Positions 1 to 8,949 of a DNA stretch of 64,000 bases are shown here, piece by piece (the first letter of the stretch is position 1; every line of letters starts with the position of its first letter). Under the pieces are notes generated by a model that saw nothing but the letters and a program-made list of their open reading frames with translations, was not told where the DNA came from and did no database searches. A program made the position numbers and the translations under genes. The stretch is from a phage. Location of the stretch: sequence record PZ452579.1. The stretch is one strand, 5' to 3'.

Positions 1-145
1 ATTTCGTTCCATGCCGGAGGAACGAACTCTTCTTCACCGTGGATTTTATCTCGCTGAACAAATTCAATCTTTGAACTATCGTCAATAAACTTAACCAAGC
101 GGTGATTAGTGCTCATATCAATATCCTCTAAAAGACGTAGTTTCA
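1..145 (-). CDS. hypothetical protein, partial (N-terminal ~48 codons; 3' end beyond window start)
   Basis: ATG at 143-145 on minus strand opens MKLRLLEDIDMSTNHRLVKF... running off the window edge; not in ORF track (partial). Confidence 0.35.
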
Positions 146-1096
146 TTATAACACCTCAATGGCATTTCGTAAACCATCCGCTTTCGCATTCAGAGCTTTT
201 AACGATTTAGTCTGTTCTGCAATCTGGGCTTCGACTTCTTTCAGACGAGATTTGAGATATTCGCGTTCTTCTCTTAAGTTATCAACTTTTTCTACTTTAG
301 GTTCTTTAATAGGCTTAGGCTTAAACACATTAGGGTTCTTCAGTTTAATTTGAATTCGAGAACTGAATAACATTGAACCGTTATCTTCGATTTCGTCAAA
401 CATTTCAACAACATCCATAGTCTGTAACATCATGCGAAGTTTATAAGACAACGAACGAACGGTTTTGTTGCGCTTATTAATTTCTTCGGCTTTCATGGTA
501 CCGAGATTACGTGAGTAGTAATAAGGAACCTGGATATCAATTGATAATGATGCGTTACCATTACCGGTTGGTTTGAATACTGCAGTAACCCAATCTTTAA
601 CATGAACTTTATTTGTACGACCATCACCGCCTGTGAATAATTTACGAGAATGTTTAAAAAGCATATTCACTTGGTTATTGAATTCACAAGCAAATTTATC
701 AGCAAATTTAGTTTCAGGAATGGTAGAGAACCAATCAGCCAAATGAGTCTTTTTAACATCATTAACAATAGTGAATTCAACCAAATCGGTTTTAGATGTC
801 ACAGATTTAATAAAGTTCGGCTTCATAAAGTTTTTGATGTTATCACGAGCCACAGTAGAAGATAATAAACGAGAACGTTTGAACCATTGAAGCAGTGTCC
901 CTAATGAATGAGAATACGCATTTTGAGTATCTTTACAGATATGATTTTCTTGACCTGTGTATGTACCAAAATCACGAAGAATACCACTTACTACATCTCG
1001 GTGTTGAACATCAAATCCTAGTGCACCAGCAGCGCGCTGAGCATGAACGTTAGCGATAAGACCGGCAAAGTATTCAATGTAATGTGAACGTGTCAT
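146..1096 (-). CDS. hypothetical protein with C-terminal coiled-coil segment
   Basis: 316-aa ORF; promoter-like element and RBS upstream (1101-1154); heptad-like C-terminus (LKSRLKEVEAQIAEQTKSLKALNAKADGLRNAIEVL). Confidence 0.6.
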   Translation of the reverse strand: MTRSHYIEYFAGLIANVHAQRAAGALGFDVQHRDVVSGILRDFGTYTGQENHICKDTQNAYSHSLGTLLQWFKRSRLLSSTVARDNIKNFMKPNFIKSVTSKTDLVEFTIVNDVKKTHLADWFSTIPETKFADKFACEFNNQVNMLFKHSRKLFTGGDGRTNKVHVKDWVTAVFKPTGNGNASLSIDIQVPYYYSRNLGTMKAEEINKRNKTVRSLSYKLRMMLQTMDVVEMFDEIEDNGSMLFSSRIQIKLKNPNVFKPKPIKEPKVEKVDNLREEREYLKSRLKEVEAQIAEQTKSLKALNAKADGLRNAIEVL

Positions 1097-1124
1097 AATA
1101 TTTTCCTCTCGTTAAGATAGAAAG

Positions 1125-1154
1125 ATTATACTCCAACCATCCTTGGTTGTAAAC
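1125..1154 (-). promoter_or_regulatory. early-type promoter element (GTTTAC-N17/18-TATAAT on minus strand) with spacer inverted repeat
   Basis: Minus-strand GTTTAC and TATAAT about 18 nt apart; spacer palindrome CAACC/GGTTG; RBS follows. Confidence 0.55.
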
Positions 1155-1158
1155 TGAT

Positions 1159-2094
1159 TTATGATTTTAATGCATTCATTGCGTTAAAAAGTTTAGAGTA
1201 CTGCAACTGGAGCTTGGTAACTACTTGTTGAGCATCACGAAGCTTAGCTTGTGCTTTGTCAAGTTCAACAGACAGTTGGTCCATAGTGGCCTTGATTTGA
1301 TTATAATAGTAATCTTCAGCAGGAAGAAGACCGTTAGAGATTTCCAATTTAGTCGACGGTGAAGTGTATATAGATGGAGCAGTAGAATATGCACCTAGAA
1401 CTTCAGCATTGCCAATTGGGGTTGCAGTAATTGATGCTTCGAACGTTGCATTTTCCTTTTTAAGATTTTGATAGTATTCAGAGTCTTTGTGCCACCATGG
1501 CGCAGGAACCTTTTTACCAATAGATACACGAGCCTGGATAGCGATATGGCCCTTATTCTTGATAGGGTCGATAATATTAAGCTCACGAGAATAAATTGCT
1601 TTAATCTGGTGGATATTATCACCTAAAACTTCCAACGCTTGGTGGAATACACGAGCAACGTTATCATTCTTAGGTTTATACGTAAGAGTGAACTCGTTCT
1701 CACTGATAACCATGATTTCTAACTTATCGTAAGTATATTTCAAATGTTTCATGTTAATTGCTTGAGGACGAATACGAGAAGCAATGGCCATCAGATTGTT
1801 AAGGTTATTTCTGAACTGTTTAGCAAAATATTGTCCGTAACCGCCAATACAAAAATTACGAAGTTTCTGCTTGGCTAATAAACGGCTGAACTCACCATTT
1901 TTAATGAACTCTTTAACGGGTGTGTTAGTAACGCATTCAAATTGAGTAAACTTACGAGAAGTAATCCCATAATATGAACAGATTTCCTCAATCTCTTCAG
2001 GAGTCTTTACAGGCATACGGATGGGATTAGGTCCTGGGGTATATGCATTCGAGGTAAATTCTTTGATAAGTTCTCTACGTGTAATAGAAGCCAT
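1159..2094 (-). CDS. hypothetical protein, paralog of 2150..3145, C-terminal coiled coil
   Basis: 311-aa ORF; N-terminal and central blocks resemble the neighbour (ITRRELIKEF vs ITSDAVKHEI; GGYGQYFAKQFRNNLNNLMAIAS vs KGYGKSMADGIFSALNKLNVLSMI). Confidence 0.6.
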   Translation of the reverse strand: MASITRRELIKEFTSNAYTPGPNPIRMPVKTPEEIEEICSYYGITSRKFTQFECVTNTPVKEFIKNGEFSRLLAKQKLRNFCIGGYGQYFAKQFRNNLNNLMAIASRIRPQAINMKHLKYTYDKLEIMVISENEFTLTYKPKNDNVARVFHQALEVLGDNIHQIKAIYSRELNIIDPIKNKGHIAIQARVSIGKKVPAPWWHKDSEYYQNLKKENATFEASITATPIGNAEVLGAYSTAPSIYTSPSTKLEISNGLLPAEDYYYNQIKATMDQLSVELDKAQAKLRDAQQVVTKLQLQYSKLFNAMNALKS

Positions 2095-2120
2095 TTTATA
2101 TTCCTCATGTTGAAAAATTT

Positions 2121-2149
2121 ATTATACTACAACCATCCTTGGTTGTACA
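2121..2149 (-). promoter_or_regulatory. early-type promoter element (TGTACA-N17-TATAAT)
   Basis: Near-copy of the 1125-1154 element with a variant -35. Confidence 0.45.
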
Positions 2150-3145
2150 TCATTCCTTAAGAAGTTTTACTACTTGAATAAGATTAGCTCGTTCTGTTTT
2201 ATTTTTACCGTTTAAGCCTGCTAATCGTGAGATTTCATCGTCAGTCTGTTGAATAGTTACATTAAGTTCGTTAATCAAAGCTTCAAAGTATTTGATTTGC
2301 TCAGCATGTTTTGATTCAAATTTCTGAACCGGAATAACGTCTTGGTTCAGTTCATCAATAAGGTCTTTAAGAGCATCTTCTTGGTTGATATCATATTCAA
2401 CTTCTTTTATTTCTTCAGCGAGCTCGTCTTTATATCTAACATCTTTTAGTCCTGGAGCTGGACCTAAAATCTCTTCTTTAAGAGTACAAACATATCCAAT
2501 ACGATATCCAATGCCGTCTCGCTTGATATCAACTTCGTCGATAAATCCACAATGTTTAAGCCCGGAGCCAATTAGGTCAAAATATCCTTGACGACGTCCT
2601 TCAAACGTTACACGAACTACTAAGACGGTTTTGCCACCGACCTTTTGAAGCTCACATTTATAAAAGTCTGTTGAACCTGAATAACGTGGATGAGTTTTAA
2701 AGTTCATCTGACGATCTAGGCCCATTTGTAAGCGTGCTGATACGGCCAGAAAACGTGTTTGGTTCTCGTTAAGATGAGCAACAATCCATTTCAAAGGCAT
2801 TTTACCATGTTCACGACCGAACAAATCAGTACGTCCTAAATTACGCAGGATATTGTTAGAGTTAATCATCGACAGAACGTTAAGTTTATTCAGCGCGCTG
2901 AAGATTCCATCGGCCATTGATTTTCCGTAACCTTTACATGCTTTAATAAGCGCTCGCGGTAGATTAGTATAGATTTCAGACGGCATATGAAAATCAAATT
3001 TACTAACCAGTAATTGATGAACTTGGATAGCAATTTGTTCATAATTAAGTGCTCTGCGATCATTATGGTCTTTAAACCACACTTTAATCTGTGAAGCACA
3101 TAAACCGTTAATTTCATGTTTTACCGCATCAGATGTAATGCTCAT
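2150..3145 (-). CDS. hypothetical protein, paralog of 1159..2094, C-terminal coiled coil
   Basis: 331-aa ORF; shared blocks with neighbour; acidic/coiled C-terminus. Confidence 0.6.
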   Translation of the reverse strand: MSITSDAVKHEINGLCASQIKVWFKDHNDRRALNYEQIAIQVHQLLVSKFDFHMPSEIYTNLPRALIKACKGYGKSMADGIFSALNKLNVLSMINSNNILRNLGRTDLFGREHGKMPLKWIVAHLNENQTRFLAVSARLQMGLDRQMNFKTHPRYSGSTDFYKCELQKVGGKTVLVVRVTFEGRRQGYFDLIGSGLKHCGFIDEVDIKRDGIGYRIGYVCTLKEEILGPAPGLKDVRYKDELAEEIKEVEYDINQEDALKDLIDELNQDVIPVQKFESKHAEQIKYFEALINELNVTIQQTDDEISRLAGLNGKNKTERANLIQVVKLLKE

Positions 3146-3207
3146 AACTATTTCCTCAGATTGAATTGGAACTCAAAACCATTATAACCCGTCCTTGGGT
3201 AAAGCGT

Positions 3208-3735
3208 TTATGCGTGAACCGTCTTTAAACGTTCTTCAAATTTCCGAAGAGTACTAATACGTTCTGCTTTCTGTTTTGTATAGTTTGCAATACGTTCTGA
3301 AGTGAGAGCGTATCGTTCGTTTACTGTTTCTTTCATGAAGTCAGGGATTTCACGAGAAGCTTTAATTTCATCAAACTTATCGAGTACTGCCTGGTCTTCA
3401 GCGATTAAATTTTCGTACATCTCGATATCTTTCTTAATGAAGTCGATATCTTCCTGGGTTACTTTGGATAAACGAGATGCTTTATCCTTTTTGTACTGCT
3501 CGTTAGTTTCGCGAGACCAGAATAACGTACGTTTTTTGTTAGTGTTTTTGTAGACTTCCACAATTCCAACTGAATCGATGATAACAATCCAATTCCAGCG
3601 AGATTTGAAAATCTGACCTCCGTCCACGGTAATCTCGTTACCATAAGCAACGTCGTTAAAGAACTTGCTTTGTGCTTCAGATTTAAATTTACCGTCGTTA
3701 TAATTTACCAGGTTGAAAATATCTTTAGCGTTCAT
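3208..3735 (-). CDS. hypothetical protein
   Basis: 175-aa ORF; RBS (ggaggtaaaac) and early-promoter element immediately upstream. Confidence 0.55.
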   Translation of the reverse strand: MNAKDIFNLVNYNDGKFKSEAQSKFFNDVAYGNEITVDGGQIFKSRWNWIVIIDSVGIVEVYKNTNKKRTLFWSRETNEQYKKDKASRLSKVTQEDIDFIKKDIEMYENLIAEDQAVLDKFDEIKASREIPDFMKETVNERYALTSERIANYTKQKAERISTLRKFEERLKTVHA

Positions 3736-3751
3736 GTTTTACCTCCAGTAG

Positions 3752-3791
3752 TTGATAGGTCTATAATAACATAACCATAGACCTTGTAAAC
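3752..3791 (-). promoter_or_regulatory. early-type promoter with stem-loop enclosing the -10
   Basis: GTTTAC-N17-TATTAT; inverted repeat AGGTCTAT/ATAGACCT flanks the -10. Confidence 0.55.
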
Positions 3792-3793
3792 AA

Positions 3794-4081
3794 CTAAAAG
3801 AAACTTTTTTCGGTATTTTTTCCACTGAACCAAACCGACTTCGGTATTTTCTGTAATTTTTCAGATTTAAGTTTCTCTTCCTGTTCTTTCTTATATACAC
3901 CCTTGTCGTACTGGAGCATCTCTATGGCATTCTTTTGCAAACGATCTAAGGTAATTAAGGCTTTAGTTTTTCCTTTCAAGGAAGAGTCCTGGCGAACCTC
4001 CTCGCTATATTGCATCGTAGAACTAACCATACGATGAGCATAGAGTTCGACTGCGGCTTTAATTTTTTGCATAAAATCCAT
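3794..4081 (-). CDS. hypothetical protein
   Basis: 95-aa ORF; overlaps alternative-frame ORF 3976..4182, so the true frame is uncertain. Confidence 0.35.
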   Translation of the reverse strand: MDFMQKIKAAVELYAHRMVSSTMQYSEEVRQDSSLKGKTKALITLDRLQKNAIEMLQYDKGVYKKEQEEKLKSEKLQKIPKSVWFSGKNTEKSFF

Positions 4082-4219
4082 AACATATCCTCTTTGATTT
4101 GTACATCATTATTTTTAAATATTTCTATGCCCTCAGTAGGTTCCTGGTGTCCTTCTTTGAGGTAAGCCATATGATTATTCATCTTTATGGCTTTTGTTAC
4201 CTCAGAACTTCCTATAAGC

Positions 4220-4342
4220 TTATTTCAGTAAAGTAACTTCCGAGATTTCTTCCCAACCATCTTTATCAGTTGAAATAAAATCTGCTACATAAAGAGCCGT
4301 ACGTAATGATACATTGCGAAGACGAGATACGTTAGCCTTCAT
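4220..4342 (-). CDS. small hypothetical protein (about 40 aa), start overlaps stop of the ATPase gene (ATGA)
   Basis: ATG overlapping TGA stop of 4339..5190; MKANVSRLRNVSLRTALYVADFISTDKDGWEEISEVTLLK; below ORF-track length cut-off. Confidence 0.25.
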   Translation of the reverse strand: MKANVSRLRNVSLRTALYVADFISTDKDGWEEISEVTLLK

Positions 4343-5190
4343 CCAGGACAATGCTTTATACGTTTCTGCATCATGTCAGTAGATAATATTACATCTTCAA
4401 CTCGAACCATAATCTCTTCATTAGAGTGTACTCCAAGGTCCAAATACACTGAACGAGATACTAAAGCTTGAAGGTGGGGAGCAAGTTTCGAACCGCGTTC
4501 TAACTCTTTATCGATATCAACGTTTGTAATGAAAACAATAGTACCTTCAAACTCAAATTCTTTATCAATACCCTTATCATCGAGATAAGATGACGCAGTG
4601 CTCCAACAAACTTTGCGTTTATCTCCGGTATCTAATGCTGCTTTAAGAAGGTTCAAGATGTCCATATCTGAGAATACGTCAACGTCGTCGATTAAGAGAA
4701 CGCTGTCTGCATCACGGTTGAGCCAAAGTTGTTCGTAAAGGCCAATACCAGAGATTTTACCATTAATACTTTTGTATTTGATGAAACCATTATCATTAGC
4801 ATTATTAAGTGCTTTATCCAGAGAATACGTCTTACCAATACCGGCTGCACCTGAAATAATGAGTGAACGAATTTTGCCATCGATAATACCATTCGTCATC
4901 ATGTTCATTACTTTAAAGCGTTTGTTGATACGAGTTTTCATATCTTCAGTGCTTTCAACAACTGCAACTGGTGATGTCTCAACTCCTTCCATTACGATGT
5001 CTGATTTGAAGACCCATACTCCACGTTCAGAACCATCAATCATAACGAAAATTTTACCGTCACCTAAGTGGGAACATTCAGGATTAAGCTTTGCCGGGAA
5101 CCATGTCTTTGTGGCAACATAAGAACCAGAGATTTCGTTATTACGATAGATACCTTTTTTGATTTGAACGTTGAACATTTTATTCTCCAA
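4339..5190 (-). CDS. P-loop NTPase (AAA-like ATPase) with N-terminal extra domain
   Basis: 283-aa ORF; Walker A GAAGIGKT and Walker B-like LLIDDVD. Confidence 0.6.
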   Translation of the reverse strand: MENKMFNVQIKKGIYRNNEISGSYVATKTWFPAKLNPECSHLGDGKIFVMIDGSERGVWVFKSDIVMEGVETSPVAVVESTEDMKTRINKRFKVMNMMTNGIIDGKIRSLIISGAAGIGKTYSLDKALNNANDNGFIKYKSINGKISGIGLYEQLWLNRDADSVLLIDDVDVFSDMDILNLLKAALDTGDKRKVCWSTASSYLDDKGIDKEFEFEGTIVFITNVDIDKELERGSKLAPHLQALVSRSVYLDLGVHSNEEIMVRVEDVILSTDMMQKRIKHCPG

Positions 5191-5208
5191 ATTTACTCAT
5201 TTCGTTTC

Positions 5209-5246
5209 GATAGGTCTATAATAACATGTTTAAAGCAAAAGTAAAC
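5209..5246 (-). promoter_or_regulatory. early/middle-type promoter element (GTTTAC plus TGCTTTA box)
   Basis: GTTTAC-N17-TATTAT with MotA-box-like TGCTTTA in the spacer. Confidence 0.45.
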
Positions 5247-5248
5247 AA

Positions 5249-5467
5249 TTATTTGCGACGAGATTTTTTGGTAAGAGGTTGAAAGAACACTGCTTTACCA
5301 GCAGGAGTCAAAGTGACTCGTAATGCATTACCGATTCCCAAGGATGCTTTAACAAGACCTTTAGATTTCAGTTCACCGAATGCTTGACGTTGGTCTGCAT
5401 CACGAGTGTTAACCATAAGACCTTTATCACCAGCTTCACGAATCATTTCTAACATTTTGGTTTTCAT
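5249..5467 (-). CDS. small basic hypothetical protein
   Basis: 72-aa ORF with Lys/Arg-rich C-terminus; own promoter-like element upstream (5487-5526). Confidence 0.45.
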   Translation of the reverse strand: MKTKMLEMIREAGDKGLMVNTRDADQRQAFGELKSKGLVKASLGIGNALRVTLTPAGKAVFFQPLTKKSRRK

Positions 5468-5488
5468 TTTGTTTTCTCCTCTTGTTTT

Positions 5489-5526
5489 GATAGGTCTATA
5501 ATAACATATCCTAAAAGCATGTACAC
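5489..5526 (-). promoter_or_regulatory. middle-type promoter candidate (ATGCTTTTA box plus TATTAT)
   Basis: MotA-box-like ATGCTTTTA about 12 nt upstream of the -10; variant -35 GTGTAC. Confidence 0.4.
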
Positions 5527-5573
5527 TACTTTTTAAAAATATTTTGACCCCCTAAAGGGCCCGAAGGCCCTTA

Positions 5574-6572
5574 TCATTTATAATACGAATTGTGGTTTTC
5601 TAAGTAGACTTGCTCAAGGAAATCATCCCAGAAACTCATATCTACTTTTTGTTGCATACCGTTCTTAGCGGCTTGTTCTGATGCTTGTTCAACTTGTTCA
5701 ACTTGTTCAACGATATCTTCTAGGAATTCTTGCACAGTTTTAAACGTATGTTTACCAAGCTTAACATCGAGAATAAATGGAGCATCCTGAAGTGGGTAAA
5801 CCAGGTCGCCGGTTTTGTAAATTTCCAATAGTTGAAGTCCACCACGGCATGCATGACTCAATGCTTTCCAATCAATACCTTCATTGGCTTCTGCCTTACG
5901 AGCACGTTCACCGTAGTTCTCTTCAAGTTTAACCAGGATGGCATTGAACTCTTTGTTAGTTAACGTATCTTGGAATTTACGGTCCAACAGACTATAGAAT
6001 GTTTGCTTACCTGTTTTCTCGTTTTCAGTTTCAACCCATGAAGCAAATTCACCTATAGGCAGAACATTCTTCATATGTGATAAACGAATTACTGCACCGT
6101 TATCAAAGTATTGTCCCCATTCATTAGAACGTTTAAGGGCTTGACGAAGAACAGCCAGTCGAGAACCCTTGACACCGTATTTAGAAGCTTGCTTACGGAC
6201 ATACCCTAAATAAGATTTCATGTTAGTGGTATAGAAACGAGACCTGTTATCTTGAATATACTTCCATACATCAGGCAAATCAGATTTAACTACTAGACTT
6301 TGTGGAGTGTGAAGCATATCTAATGCGACGGTTTCACCATCCGCAGCTAGTTTAAAGAAATATTTGAGACTATACAACTCATGGTCTACGTCGTCTTTTG
6401 TGTTCTTAGAAGATGTGTTATTCGTGTTCTTGCTCATGTGTTCTTTAACGTTACCGGTCAAGATATCACGAGCATGAGGGACATAAATTTCTTTAAAATC
6501 GACGTCAGATTCAGGAGTAGACGTTCCATAAAGGTGGCTACCAAAGTAGCCTTTCATAATTGTTTTCATCAT
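5574..6572 (-). CDS. Pol-beta superfamily nucleotidyltransferase-like protein
   Basis: 332-aa ORF; N-terminal motif FGSHLYGTSTPESDVDF (GS-x10-DxD) typical of the nucleotidyltransferase fold; GC hairpin right after stop. Confidence 0.55.
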   Translation of the reverse strand: MMKTIMKGYFGSHLYGTSTPESDVDFKEIYVPHARDILTGNVKEHMSKNTNNTSSKNTKDDVDHELYSLKYFFKLAADGETVALDMLHTPQSLVVKSDLPDVWKYIQDNRSRFYTTNMKSYLGYVRKQASKYGVKGSRLAVLRQALKRSNEWGQYFDNGAVIRLSHMKNVLPIGEFASWVETENEKTGKQTFYSLLDRKFQDTLTNKEFNAILVKLEENYGERARKAEANEGIDWKALSHACRGGLQLLEIYKTGDLVYPLQDAPFILDVKLGKHTFKTVQEFLEDIVEQVEQVEQASEQAAKNGMQQKVDMSFWDDFLEQVYLENHNSYYK

Positions 6573-7042
6573 TTAGCCTTATATTCAATAACAGGACACA
6601 CTTTAGCTTTACGAGCTTTTAAAAATTCAACGATAATCGATTTCTTGGGTTGAATAGGCTCAAGTCCATTTTTGATTCGTTCTTCGTTTTGTACAATGAT
6701 CTCAATTTCTTTATTGAGCTTTCGGTCGTTATATTTGTCTAACAACCAGGAAGGACCAATTACCGCCCCGACAGCAATAAGAACCATTACTGATAATGTT
6801 AAAATGCCTATACCAATTGAAGCCGGAACTAATGTCCATAGACTACTAAAGACAAAGAATTTAATTAAAATTTCTTGGCCAATGATTGCGGCACCTGCTA
6901 AAGTTGCAAATCCAACAATTGAAACAGCTAATACCGGGAGAAACGTTTTCCAAAAATAAGCACACAACGTTTTCGGACGATTCCATGTACTATTGAACGC
7001 GGCATAAATTTTAAAGTGCCAAGAGTTTTCATTGATAATCAT
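6569..7042 (-). CDS. predicted membrane protein
   Basis: 157-aa ORF with two long hydrophobic segments; start overlaps previous gene. Confidence 0.5.
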   Translation of the reverse strand: MIINENSWHFKIYAAFNSTWNRPKTLCAYFWKTFLPVLAVSIVGFATLAGAAIIGQEILIKFFVFSSLWTLVPASIGIGILTLSVMVLIAVGAVIGPSWLLDKYNDRKLNKEIEIIVQNEERIKNGLEPIQPKKSIIVEFLKARKAKVCPVIEYKAK

Positions 7043-7051
7043 AATAATTCC

Positions 7052-7594
7052 TTATTTCAAAGTTGGGATAATAGAATCAAGATAAGCTTTAAGAGCAACT
7101 GCTTCATCTTTGTCTAATGTAATGATATGTTGACGAAGGTCATCAATTTGGCGAATAACTACGACATCACCGTCTTCATAAGAAGGATTAACTCCCAGGA
7201 CTGTTGTATAGTCAGGGCGGTCCTGATTTGTAATAAAAGCATTACGGCATTTAGCCCATTGAAGTTTGGCCTTTTTGGCTGTTTCAGATTCCATGAATTC
7301 TTTCACCTTAGCGACAAATGTTTTCCAATTATTAATAGAAAAACATTCATCTTCGGTTTCGATATTAACCCCACTATAAAGTCCGTGATAAAAACGAACT
7401 TGAAGGTCTTCATCAATGTTAATTACAGATGCATGACCGGGTGGATTGAGTTTCAAAATCTTGTCTAGTTCCATAGGAAGAATAGTAACAACATCATCTT
7501 CTTGCGTCAGAACGTACGCATAACCACGTTTTTCGATACATAAATCACCAAACAACTCAGTCGTTTCAATTACAGTTTTCATATTATTCACCAA
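7052..7594 (-). CDS. hypothetical protein
   Basis: 180-aa ORF. Confidence 0.5.
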   Translation of the reverse strand: MVNNMKTVIETTELFGDLCIEKRGYAYVLTQEDDVVTILPMELDKILKLNPPGHASVINIDEDLQVRFYHGLYSGVNIETEDECFSINNWKTFVAKVKEFMESETAKKAKLQWAKCRNAFITNQDRPDYTTVLGVNPSYEDGDVVVIRQIDDLRQHIITLDKDEAVALKAYLDSIIPTLK

Positions 7595-7694
7595 TTAAAG
7601 TTTCAACAAAATTCACCAAATCATTCTGACGAGCATCAATCTGATTTCTATAAAAATTAAATAAGATCCATCAATTTATTAGCTTGTTCACAGG

Positions 7695-7805
7695 TCATTT
7701 TACCATACTCGCTTCAATAAGATTCATTACACCATTTACCATGTTATACGTAAACATCGGATAATTGTATTGTACTACAACATAAGCAATAAGCAAAAGT
7801 TTCAT
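7695..7805 (-). CDS. small hydrophobic hypothetical peptide (36 aa)
   Basis: ATG with GGAG RBS; MKLLLIAYVVVQYNYPMFTYNMVNGVMNLIEASMVK; lies in a 270-nt gap; below ORF-track cut-off. Confidence 0.2.
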   Translation of the reverse strand: MKLLLIAYVVVQYNYPMFTYNMVNGVMNLIEASMVK

Positions 7806-7825
7806 TTTGTTCTCCGTTTGTTTTG

Positions 7826-7863
7826 GTAGGACTACTATAACATAGTCCTACCAAGATGTAAAC
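7826..7863 (-). promoter_or_regulatory. early-type promoter with perfect spacer palindrome
   Basis: GTTTAC-N18-TATAGT; palindrome GGTAGGACT...AGTCCTACC. Confidence 0.55.
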
Positions 7864-8099
7864 TACCGATTGTGTTTTAAATGTTGATAAAGTTCTTCAA
7901 CTTGTTTAGGGTCCAAAACAATTAAGTCATTTTCTTGGCGAAGATAAATCCATCCCTTATCCCCAGGGCCATTTTTACAAAACATCACTGCCGCCATATC
8001 ATCATCTTCAGCGCTTTCAGGTAAAAGTTCAAGTACACCGTCTTCAGATTTTCCAGTATAATCGTAAAGCATAATATCCTCACATAATCTCGTTAACAT
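7863..8099 (-). CDS. hypothetical protein
   Basis: 78-aa acidic ORF; promoter element at 7826-7863. Confidence 0.45.
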   Translation of the reverse strand: MLTRLCEDIMLYDYTGKSEDGVLELLPESAEDDDMAAVMFCKNGPGDKGWIYLRQENDLIVLDPKQVEELYQHLKHNR

Positions 8100-8298
8100 A
8101 CATTTGCAATTCAGTGTGCGTATCAGCCATCTTTTTCATTGCCTTATTGATATCGATATCACCGTCTTCACACCCGTGGGCATTTTCCCAATCGGATACA
8201 GCGTTAGCGTACTCTTCAATCAAAAACATTAACTTAGAAATTTTTTCTTTACGTGACATAACGTTCTCCTCTAGTAAGTAAGGTCTACTATAACACAA
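8080..8298 (-). CDS. hypothetical protein
   Basis: 72-aa ORF; promoter element and terminator hairpin upstream. Confidence 0.45.
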   Translation of the reverse strand: MCYSRPYLLEENVMSRKEKISKLMFLIEEYANAVSDWENAHGCEDGDIDINKAMKKMADTHTELQMYVNEIM

Positions 8299-8315
8299 CC
8301 TGAGGAGAAGTAAAC
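8281..8315 (-). promoter_or_regulatory. early-type promoter element
   Basis: GTTTAC-N17-TATAGT directly downstream of a terminator hairpin (minus strand). Confidence 0.5.
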
Positions 8316-8325
8316 TGCTAAATGC

Positions 8326-8354
8326 AAAAAAGCCCCAACCTTTCGGAAGGGGCT
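8326..8354 (-). terminator. intrinsic terminator (minus strand)
   Basis: AGCCCCTTCCGAAAGGTTGGGGC hairpin plus U-tract on minus strand, right after the stop of 8359..8916. Confidence 0.6.
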
Positions 8355-8358
8355 TTGA

Positions 8359-8916
8359 TTAGTTTTTGTAATATCGTAAAGGGTTGATATGGAATGAAAG
8401 CATTGCGCGTGGAATAGGACGACTCAAAAGACTCTTAAGTTTCCAACCACAGTAAACACGCAGATAAAATGTAATACCACCAACCTTAAGATAAGGTATA
8501 GCAGCGAATAATCCCCATGCAGACTCGTTCCAAACTAAAAGATATCCATGATGTGCCGGATCAGGAGATCCAGATTTAGTTTCGGCGTTGCCTTTATAGT
8601 GCCATTCTGATGAAGCTTCGCGACCTAAAACATGATACGAAAAATTATATGCTTTGTTGCGCCATAGCCAAGCTACGCGTTGAGCATATTTACCTATAAC
8701 AGGAATTTTACGTATTTTAGACCAACGTTCAACATGGCCGTGGTCACCATCGATAGGATTATCGTAAGTCATCATCCAGTCAAAGCCATAAGGTAGTTTA
8801 CCGGTTTTTTCACTATGGAATGGAACTACAAATGGTGCTAGAATAATTGCTAAAATCGCTGCGATCCAATCTATAGGAACAAGAACAACCCAACTTATGT
8901 ATTTTAAAAATTTCAT
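8359..8916 (-). CDS. hypothetical membrane-anchored protein
   Basis: 185-aa ORF with N-terminal hydrophobic segment; flanked by terminator hairpins. Confidence 0.5.
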   Translation of the reverse strand: MKFLKYISWVVLVPIDWIAAILAIILAPFVVPFHSEKTGKLPYGFDWMMTYDNPIDGDHGHVERWSKIRKIPVIGKYAQRVAWLWRNKAYNFSYHVLGREASSEWHYKGNAETKSGSPDPAHHGYLLVWNESAWGLFAAIPYLKVGGITFYLRVYCGWKLKSLLSRPIPRAMLSFHINPLRYYKN

Positions 8917-8949
8917 ATATCCTCTCTTAGTTTACAAGGATATTTATAC

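Noticed and set aside
3976-4182. 68-aa ORF overlapping 3794..4081 in another frame
   Set aside because: I cannot choose between the two frames from sequence alone; I kept 3794..4081 at low confidence.
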